A DNA stretch of 64,000 nucleotides from an uncultured Spirochaetota bacterium (lineage in GTDB: Bacteria > Spirochaetota > Spirochaetia > SZUA-6 > Fen-1364), in NCBI GenBank assembly GCA_963820525.1, contig CAWGAA010000003.1:192001-256000 (forward strand). The letters run 5' to 3'. Below the pieces are notes generated by a model. That model worked only from the letters and a program-made list of their open reading frames with translations, did no database searches and had not been told where the DNA came from. Shown one piece after another: positions 20,000-30,200 of the stretch (positions are counted from its first letter, which is position 1; every line of letters starts with the position of its first letter). The translations under genes and the position numbers were made by a program.

Positions 20000-21283
20000 T
20001 CAGTTCGTCGGTGGCCAGATGAGTGTACCTTTGGCGTTGACGTAACCCACCTTCATTGCAGTACCATTTCCTAACATTATTCGAGCAACACCGTTCTTGA
20101 AAGGCGAAACCGAATCATACAATGAAGGGACCACCGTCTTTCCTTTCTTATCGATGAAGCCATACTTGCTCTGACTACCACTCCTCACCCTGAAGTCTGA
20201 CAGTCCCTCCGAGTAGCCTCCCAGTCTATACGCCTGCATCTCAAAGAGCAGTGCGCCATTTTTGTCGATAGCACCCCACTGGGTACTTCCTTTTTTATCA
20301 GTCGTTGTCACTATGGCTACCCCATTGGAGTATCGGTCCACGCTGGAGTATGGAAGCCTTACTTTCACGAACCCTCTTTCATCAATTAGTGCGTATTGCT
20401 CAGTTTTGCCCTGTTGGTAGCTGACAACGGCTATACCATCATCGTAGCGATCGATTCTGTCATACTTCGGGACAACGATCATCTTCCCCTGTTTGTTGAT
20501 AAGCCCGAACTTGCCTTCTCTTTTAACAATTGCTAATCCATTCGGCTGAAAAGAATCACAATCCTCGAACTGCAGTCGTATGATCTCATGGCCAGATGTA
20601 TCAATATAGCCCCATTTCCCGTTGAGCGAGACTGTAGCGGTTGCATCAGCGAAGTATCCACAGTAGTCATATTTCAGTGGAATCACGACCTTACCTATTT
20701 TGTCGATGTATCCGCTCTTTCTGTTCTTCGTAACGGGAACCAACCCACTCCGGAAGCCATATCCGATTACAGGGTCGTTTGAATGCTGCCAAGCATTGTT
20801 GAGATCATATTCATACTGGGGTTCTACTACTATCCTTCCACCCAGATCGATGAAGCCATACTTGCCACCGGTCACGATGCAGGCCATCCCTTCGAAGAAA
20901 GGAAACACTTGGTCAAATTGGAACTCACCGACAGGGTTACCGCTCAAGTCGATATAACCCCATCGGTCGCCTAGCTGCACCTCTGCCCGTCCTTCCTTGT
21001 AGTTGCCTACCGCGCTATATATGGGATCAGCAACAAGCCGACCCCCGTCATCTATGAACCCCCATTTTCCGTTCAGCTGGACTCCAGCTCTATTCTCGTG
21101 GAATGGATATACTTTTTCAAAGGTTGGCTCAATCACGACTCCGCCAGTAGCGTTTATGAACCCAGCGCGTCTGTTCTTTGTTATAGGCAGGTAGACATCA
21201 CTTTTGAGAGCAGTGGCTTCCGCTACTAGCGGCACAGTTCCAGCCAAAAGGAGTAGCAGTGCGATCAGTCGTCGGCTCTTCAT
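20000..21283 (-). CDS. Secreted WG-repeat protein, candidate immunity protein
   Basis: Signal peptide MKSRRLIALLLLLAG; repeated GKWG(F/Y)ID..G..VI / F.EG.A.V units; starts 10 nt after the RHS stop. Confidence 0.88.
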   Translation of the reverse strand: MKSRRLIALLLLLAGTVPLVAEATALKSDVYLPITKNRRAGFINATGGVVIEPTFEKVYPFHENRAGVQLNGKWGFIDDGGRLVADPIYSAVGNYKEGRAEVQLGDRWGYIDLSGNPVGEFQFDQVFPFFEGMACIVTGGKYGFIDLGGRIVVEPQYEYDLNNAWQHSNDPVIGYGFRSGLVPVTKNRKSGYIDKIGKVVIPLKYDYCGYFADATATVSLNGKWGYIDTSGHEIIRLQFEDCDSFQPNGLAIVKREGKFGLINKQGKMIVVPKYDRIDRYDDGIAVVSYQQGKTEQYALIDERGFVKVRLPYSSVDRYSNGVAIVTTTDKKGSTQWGAIDKNGALLFEMQAYRLGGYSEGLSDFRVRSGSQSKYGFIDKKGKTVVPSLYDSVSPFKNGVARIMLGNGTAMKVGYVNAKGTLIWPPTN

Positions 21284-21293
21284 CCGCCATCCC

Positions 21294-24200
21294 CTATTTC
21301 GTTGCTTTGTAGGGCGGAGTGAATATGAGGAAATAATCCGCATCCCTCCCAGATCGACCCGTGATAAAGGCTTCCGTTGCGACGAACCACTTGGTCGCAT
21401 CGGCTTTCCAAATGCCGGCGGTTGCCGGGTCTTTATTATTCGGGTCGATGCCCCCACCTCCAATAAGTGTATCTCCGTTGGTTTGGCTTCCTACTACCCA
21501 TGCAGAATGCCCATGAACAGCAGTAGCCGATGTGTTCCATATTTCAGCAACCGTATATCCCTTGTTTTGGTATACCTTTGCTTGCGACTCTGTTTCCACT
21601 TCCCGAATTACATTCCTCATTGTTGGATCTTGAGCCATCCTGTTGTACTCATCATATCGCTCCGCTGAGCTGCGCATACCTCGGAGCCTGGGATCTATCT
21701 GTATCTTCTGGCCAACCTGCTCAAACGCAGTCCCGCATGTCCACTTGTCCTCAGCCGTGCTACTTATGTTCTCGGCCTTGTTGGCAACATCGCTGATAAC
21801 ATCAAGAAACTGGGCGGGATTTGAGAACGTTGGAGCCGGCATGCTGTCACGACTCACGAAGTTCGCCATAGCGTCTTTAGCATCGATAAATCTATCCCAT
21901 ACCGCCTTCACCGCCTTCTCCGTTCCTCTCTTGAGCGTTCCTCCAATCTTCCTCGCTTCTCCATAGATGTCCTTGAAACTCAACAGTCCCGTGGGATCCG
22001 TGTACGCCATCGGGTTATTGTTGACGTAGGCATACCAATTGTTTCCATCCCGTGCCGGGTCCTCGGTAATGAATCTTCCGAGTTGTGGGTCATACCATCT
22101 GGCGTTGGTGTAATACAGGCCTGTATCCGGATCCAGCTCGCGGCCTGTGTACAGGGCTTTGAAATCAATCGACCCGTTGCTCCTCGAAATCTCTCCAAAA
22201 GCCTCATACTCGGCATCCCAGACGATTTTCCCGGAACTATCGGTGACCACATTGGTCGTCCCTTCGTGATCGGTGTGGTGCCAGTAAATAGTGGTGGTTG
22301 TTCCCGAGGTACGCACTTCCGCCCAGATCTGCCCCAGGACTTCAATATACTTCCTCTGTTGGATTCCGTCTTCAGTCCAGAGCAGATCTCCGGACAGGTC
22401 ATATTGGTAGTAGCTTACGGTGGAACCTTTAGTTGTCTGAATCCTCAAGTCACGGATATTGTAAGCGTAGCGGGCGGCTGTCTTGATTCCGTTCGCTCCC
22501 TGAAGCGAGTGATCCACTTGGATCAGGCGGTTCTTCAGGTCATAGGAGTATTGCCAGACCTCTCCTTGGGCTTCATCCCAGGTGAATCTATCGGTTGTAG
22601 AATCCCATGTTCCTTGGTTCCCGCGCGAGGTCAGATTACCGTTCGCGTCGTAGTTGAATGCCCAGCTTCCCGCCTGCTTGATGCGGCTTGAGCCGGGGTA
22701 ATAAGAGTATTCCGTGTTGTTTGTGTAGCTTCCTTTCGCATCGTATTCCGTGAGCCTATTCCCCAAGGCATCGTAGGTCCAGGAGGTCATATGGCCGTTG
22801 ACTGTGAACCAGACCTGGATGAGCTTGGATGGAGAATCGGCGATTGTAGAATTATCGATTGCCCTGTTAGAGCCGTCTCTTTCGTCCCATGTCATATGGA
22901 CCTTCACGAATTGGGCCTGGTGGGAGTCTTTTAGCTGCAGCGTCACCCCTGTTTCATCTTGCATCCACGTAGTGTCGGTGACCTTTGACCAACTCACAGA
23001 TGTTCCCTCGTTGCTTGTATACAATTCCACGGTTCGGGGGCTAATTCTAGGGCTGACACCTACGAGCCTGACTTTGTTGACATTCCTCGAGGTTTGGAGA
23101 TTGATGCCAACACTCGATGCATGATAGTCCAGCTTGACAGGTGTGGCGGAAGCAGTGTAGCTGAGGGAGTTTCTGCCGGCCACGTCGCGCTCGCGTCTTC
23201 CATAGTCAAGTCCGCCTATATCTTTACTATTTACCTCAAACTCACCATCTTCATTAACAAGGACCAACCGGTTGAGCTTATCGTAGCCGTATGAGCTGTT
23301 ATGCCCTTCCTTTACGAGGTTAATGAGGTTTCCTCGATTGTCCCACGCCAGAGCCCGGGAGGTTTTTTCAGAAATGTGCCAGTCATACCCATCGAGTGTC
23401 CCTCGGATCGGATCCCAACTCTTCGTCCTCTGTGTTCTGTTGGTGGCGGAAAGGCTTGTGAGTCTTCCCATGAAGTTGTACAGGCCGCCAGTGGCATAGC
23501 TGGGGACATCCGTTAGCTGTCCAAGACCATTATAGAGGTAGCTTATAGTAGAATTGTCAGGGTATGTGATACTCGTCACGTTATGAGCGTTGTCATATGT
23601 ATAGGAGACACTGAGATTCTTTGAGCCGATAGAGGTGCTGTAGCTATTAATCAAATCGTAGGGGTCAGGGACATACGTCGTCCCCGTCCAGTTTATCTGG
23701 GTGAGCACGCTGCCCTCGGTTGCGGACTTCAGGGACCCTGCGGCGTCGTAGCTCCAGGATTCGCTTACGAAACGGCTGCCGTTGGAGAAGCTCTTTGAAA
23801 TGATCCGTCCCGCGTTGTCATAGCTGCTTGTCACAGTGGTCTGGTTGGGATCCATTGCCTGGATCACGAGGCCCCGCGAGTCATAGCTGAAGGCCCACTG
23901 TTGGCCCAGATTGTTCTGCTCGTAGACAAGCTCTCCGTATTGGTTGTATCCACGCACCCATACCTGATTTCCGTTCTGGGGGTTTCCGAGCATGCTTTGA
24001 ACGGGCTCTGCCCAGACATCGTAAACGGTACTCGTGACGTTGTTGTCGGGGTCGGTCACGGAGGTTGGCTTATTCAGGCTGTTGAAAACAGTATTGGTAG
24101 TATAGTCCATGGCGTCGGTGGTGCTAGTGGCACGGCCCAGGAGGTCCAGCCCCAGGTGCTCTTCTCTTCCGTCGGGGAAGTAAATATCGGTGAGACGGTT

Positions 24201-27200
24201 CAGACTGTCATAGATTTTTGCAGTCACCAAGCCGGAGCTCAGCTCGGGTTTGGCCGTATTCAGGCTTGACACGACGATTTCCCTGACCGGGTTTCCCTTG
24301 GCGTCATAGCCCCAGGCCGTGACGATGGGCCCTGTGCCGTCTGAGCCCGTTATGCTTTGGCTGGTCTTGCGATTACGTGGATCATATGTCCACACAGTCG
24401 CTTTGCCCGCCGGATCAATCTGCTCGACCGCGTTTCCACGAAGGTCGTAGGATATCTGCACCTTCCCGCGCGGCTGCCCGGCTACCGGTGGCAGATCCGC
24501 CAGCACGAGCCTGTCAAAGTCGTTATAGGTGTAGTTCAAGGTGAAGCTGTCTGAAACCGAGGGATCGGGATTGGATCTTGGGTCCTTCATCTGGGTCTTT
24601 CGATCCTTGAGATCGTAGCGGTATCGAACAACACCGCCCGTGGGATCGGTCTCACTTGTCACCTGGTTCCGGCTGGAGTAGCTCGTCAAGCTTATTCCCT
24701 GGATCCCGTCCAGGTCCAAGTTATTGCTCTTGATCGACTCGACAACAAGCGGATCGGCGTGCTTGACAAGGTTTCCTGCGGCATCGTACCAGCTCCACTC
24801 CTCACGAGTTCCCACGGTCTTCTTGATCGTTCTTCCAGCCGTGTCGTAGGTGAAGTCGGTCGAGCGGTAGTTGCCGGGGTGCCCTGTCTGCTGCCTAATG
24901 GCCTGCCCGGCATCATCGAAGAGGGTGATCTCAGTGGGCACTACGCTGGTAAGGGATACTGTTGGGAGACTTGAGGAAGCGCTGGACGGGCTTTGCCAGA
25001 CATCGACCGGGGGATGGCGCACCTCCCTGGGCTTACCGAAGGGGCTGTACCACGTGACCGTCTTTTGTCCCAGTGGGTCGACAACCGCGACAACCTCTTC
25101 AAGGCCGTTGTAGTATGTTTGCGTGACAGCATTGATCCCGCTTGGGTCCACAATTTTGGTTTGGGTATTGCCCTTCCACGTCACCCATTCCTGGGTGATG
25201 ACCCTGCGCTCATCCGTTGTTGTTTTAAGGTTTTGCGAGTCGTCGTATACGGTGCTGATATGAGCGCCGTCGGGATAGGATATCAGTGAAGGCCTTCCCT
25301 TGGCATCGTATCCATAGATGGTTGTATGACCGTTTGGATCCGTCACCGATGCGACATCTCCCCAGGGACTATAGGTCACGAGCGTCTTGCTATCTTCGAC
25401 AACGGCAAGAGTAACAAGAGCGCCGTTCTTAACGCGCAAATAGTTGAACTTGTCAATTTGGATCAATTGGCCAAGGTTGTCGTACCTATACACTTCGGCT
25501 GCTTTTCCTGGAGCATTGTTCGCACCAGAGCTGAAGGAAGATTTATATACGGTGGCGGTCAGCGCGGTATCGTTGTAGACAATATGGTCCCACGGTGAAT
25601 TGGTATGAGTTACATTCCAGCTTCCCGGGCTCAGCGGAGCTTCTTCTCCGGCTCTGATTGTGTCCGTGGCCCTACCCAGCTTGTCGTAGCCGTATTCCGT
25701 GACGTATCCCCTGCTGTCTTTCTCGTAGAGCTTCCAGCCGCTCCGCCAATCCGTGACGGTTTCACTGACAACATTCACGCCGTTGCCGGTGGGGTCTGCC
25801 ACGTTTTGAACGGTCTGTGTGGCGATGAAAAAGTCCTTCGAGGACCGGGTGAAGTCGTATTCCCAAACCGTCTTCTGGTCCGGGTTTGGGCCTATCTTGC
25901 TCTTGACCATGCCTGAGGAAAGCAAGCCCGTATCGGTGAAGTATTCGTAGTCCGTCCTTGCCCAGTGGTCTCCCAGCCACAGCCCTTCTGATTTCTTGAG
26001 GCCGTAGGAGTTATAGAGATACTGTTGGGCCCGCTCATCGAAGCCGCCGCCGGCTTCAGCGGGACGGTAGCCGCGAACAAACGTGCCCTTGAGAAGATCG
26101 TGTATCTCGCCATTGCTCAATGTTTCATCGGCTCCAAGGGAAGGCAAAGCCCATACCGAAGGTGCGGAAGATCCGCTGTTCAGGTACCACATCCACTTCT
26201 CGCACTTGTTCTCCCTTCCATTTGCGACACTATCTTCCAAGACATAAGTCTGGTTCCCCCAGCTATCGTATTGGAACGCATTAGAAGAACGAGCGCCCGA
26301 TCCGCGGATTGTGGTCGAAGCGGTGATGCGGTGATGCGTTGTATCCCAGGTATTGGACACCGATTCAAACATGCTCCCGCTCGATGCGTCGTAGGTGCTT
26401 GAGCCGGATTGAAGGGTTGAAACTTCGTTCACAGTCAGCCCTTCGGAGGAAAAGTATGACTGAAGAACGGAAGTGAGGTAGTCATCCCAACTAATGAATC
26501 GGTTGCGTGAGTGCACAATCGTCATGAAATCCTGAACGGTTTTCAGTCGCCCATTATTGGTTGTTGCCCGACTCACATAGAACTGGTACTCCCTGGAGCT
26601 CCAGTCATAGGAATAGTAAGTGTTTTGCACCACCCCGGTGCTGCTCGTCACTTTGACATGGTCCGTGGCCAGCCGATAGATAATATCGTAGCTGAACTTG
26701 ATCGCTGTCGGGATCAAGCCCAAGAACCAATCATCCAATTCAGACTTGAACTGCGTCAGATCCATAGCAGCTACATTGACCTCCGTGGTTCCGATTCCCG
26801 GAGCGACGACCTTGCTTATTGTGTAGGGGAAATTGAACTCGATATGCCCACTTAAGGTCAAAGTGCTTATTCCCAAGAGCGTATTGACAAATCCACATCC
26901 GGGTATTAGGTCAAAAATAAGGGCCAAAAAGTTTATCTTCACACTGCCGCCACCGGCCACCAGGCATCTGCGGTCATATGTGAAGCTGGAGATTCTGCCC
27001 GCCGGATCCGTTGAAGAGACTAGTGTGGGCAAGAAATTGAAAAGATACCACAGATCGCTTGAGGCATCCCAATCGTAGTCATAGTTCACTGTCCGGTTCT
27101 GGCCTTCAAAGCCGGAAGTGGAGATATTGGTAATGACAGGCTTCAAAAAGATAGCCACATTTGGAGGCATATCGTACTGGAAGTTGACTTTCCTCCCCAT

Positions 27201-30200
27201 ATCATCGGTGATGCTGGACAGCAGAAGCCCGTTGTAGGTGAGGTCAAAGCTGGAAAACCCCGTCTTGTCTTTGATCTGTACCACCCTACCGTTTCCGTCA
27301 AAAAGGTAGTACGTTCCGTCCTTTGTCCACAGCTCGCATGCGATGGTATTCCAGCCCGGGATGAGGTTGGTTAGGCTTATTTCTTGGTTTTGAAGGACCT
27401 TACGCAAGCCGGCAATTGCTATTCCAGTAACATCTATACTGTCCCGGACCTGTACGGCACGGAAATGAAAATCTTCCCCTTCGTGAAACTGGAAATCCAG
27501 CGTCCGTGAAACCGGATTTGACCAGAAGCTGTTCTGGCTTTCCATCTGGTTAATACCGTAGTAGCCGCCGTTGGGAAGCCTTACCATTACCGTTGAGTTT
27601 GTGGTAACCACGTATGGCAGGCTTAACCGCCATCCAACGCCGGTCGATAAAGCGTAGTCTCCGTTATGTTTTAATAAGCCGTCAACCTTGCTCTTGATAG
27701 CCCCTACCAAATTGGCTGTGCCGTTTGAGGCCAATTGTCCCGCCAGATACGCAAGGCTGCCAAGGGAGCCAAGGTCGTAAGCCCCCAAGCTGATCGAGGC
27801 GCTTAACGATACACTGGGACTATCCACCATTGCCGTGGCTGTGTCGTACATTCGCTTTATCGGCAGAGTAAATCCGTTCTTGCCTTGAAGCACAAACTCC
27901 GTGACTTCCACCATCGCCGTTCCCCCTTGAGGGGATACCGTCACCGCCCCCGTGGAACTTTCCGCCTTGAAGGGACTGTGTCCGGCATCCTTGAGTTGCT
28001 GGGGCGAAAGATCCTGTATCATCGTGGGTTGAACGGAAAATGCGGTAAAATGGTTGGTGAGAAAGACTATCTTATTCTGGTCGCGGTCAACGGCCGATCT
28101 CTCAACAAGGAACCACTTGTTCCAGGTGGTGTCAAAATAGTATACGCCAAGGTTCGCTTCCGGAAAACCGATGGGAACCTGGCTGTCATCATAGTCGAGG
28201 ACCACCACCACTTCTTTCGAGAACTCCGTGTGTGTGTTTTCGCTCAGCGTACCGTCCGCCGCGAGCGCCAGGGTGCTCAGCGAGTAGATCGGCCCGAGGA
28301 TGGGATAGCTGGAAGCATCTTTGAGTTTCGGGCTGTCTATCTTTTGTATTAGGACAACCTTATCCTCTTCAGGAAGCGCCGCCGGAGGTATCACCACCTC
28401 CATTCCTTTGTAATCTACGACGGTTGACTGTTGTGGATCCGAGGAAATCACCTGTACGGCCAAACCCGATATCGTGTCCCGCGTCTGGGTTATTGGCCCC
28501 ATGTTGGCGGCGCGGTCTTCCGCCCAGACCTGGTAGCTATAGACTTCCCCATTGCTTAAGCCCGTGTCGGTGAACTCAAGAACGGAAACGATATGCTCAC
28601 CATCGCTCCAGGCAGGCAAGCGGACAACGTGATACCGCACCACGTCGGTGTTCACAGTTTTCCAAATCACCTCAACCAGGCCCGAGCCGGGTATGGCGGC
28701 AAGCTCGCTGACGGCGACGGGCGGCGTGGTATCTATCTTGAGCTCTATCGATTCAATGCTGGCGTTTCCCGCCACGTCCAGAGCCTTCACCTGGACCTGG
28801 TGAACTCCATCGGAAAGTAGGGGCAGCTTGTAGGGGCTTGCCTGGCTCGTCCAGCTTCCCGAATCGAGTCGAACCTCATAGTGGGAGATTCCCGAATAGC
28901 TGTCAGTTGTAGAGAATGAAATGGTGGGCTGGTTGTTGCTCGTCCATCCCGTGATATTGGCCGCAATGATAAACCGCGCGGGAGGAGTATTGTCGATCTT
29001 AAGCGGTATGCTGACCTCAGACCCCGTGGTTCCCGCCTTGTTCACGGGCTGCAGCTTGAATACAAAGGCGCCTTCCACCGTCATGGGAATCGTCAGGCTG
29101 AAGGATCCCGAAGAGGCGTCATAGCTAACGCCGTTTACCACGATGCGATCGGGATCCGCACTGATCACCTTTCCATTGACCGGAACCGCGTGGGAATAGA
29201 ACGTGTTTGCGACGGGCTGCGTAATGCTCAAGCCCGGTTTCGAGCGGTCCAGAAACACCTGAAGCGTTTTCGTCACCGGCTTGATGCGGTCATCAGCGGT
29301 GACGGAAAGCGTGTTCATGCCGTCCGAAAGAGCGATGGGCTGGCCGGCAAAGCGGTAGCCGTCCACATTTGCCGCTTTTCCATTTACGGTGACCTTTACC
29401 CGGTTTTTGCTTATCACAGTGCCCGTAACGGTGAACCTGGTCGCGCTGACGTAAGCCACGCTTCCCTCACCGTCTAGTGACAGGATTATCCCTGGGCCGA
29501 ACCGCACGATCGTCACCGTGGCCTTCTTGATCACGGCGCCCGTTTTCACGTCAAAGGCGTAGATGGTAATCGTGTTGATTCCGAATTGAAGGCTCACTGT
29601 ATAGGTGAACGCATCCGAGACAACGGGAACTTCCTCGCTCCCCGCCAGGATGCGGACATTCGAATCCTCTACCCATCCCGAAAGCTTGTAAGTTTCGCTT
29701 TCGGTTGTGATCGTGCGGCTGGAGTCGAACCAGAACTTCACGATATCGTCGGGATCCTCACCGACAAGCACTCCGATCGAGCGGCTCGCAAGGATGTCTT
29801 TATCCTTCAGGGCTTGAACCGAAATCGTCGTCAGGCCTTTTCTGTCCAAATCGAGCGTTCGTAGAGGAATCGTAAAGATATTGCCGTGAATCCAAGCCTT
29901 GTGTCCGTTGACCCTGACCTCCACGCCTTCCCGGTCTACCTCTCCGATCAGGTAGTCGCTTCTGCAGTCTCCTCGGGACAGGCTTTGCCCGTTTTTGGGC
30001 CACAACACCTCCACACTCGCGGCGCCCGCCTCGTTCAGGTCTCCCCATGTTTCAATTTCGCCGATACCGCCTTCCCCGGCAGTAACATCTACCTGGCTCA
30101 GATCCCCCCACGAGGAGTACAGTTTCCCCCCGTCCTCGGAAATGTACTCACCCTCGGTCCATCCGCCGGCGCCGTCGGGCATCAAGAGCTGCCCGTTGCC

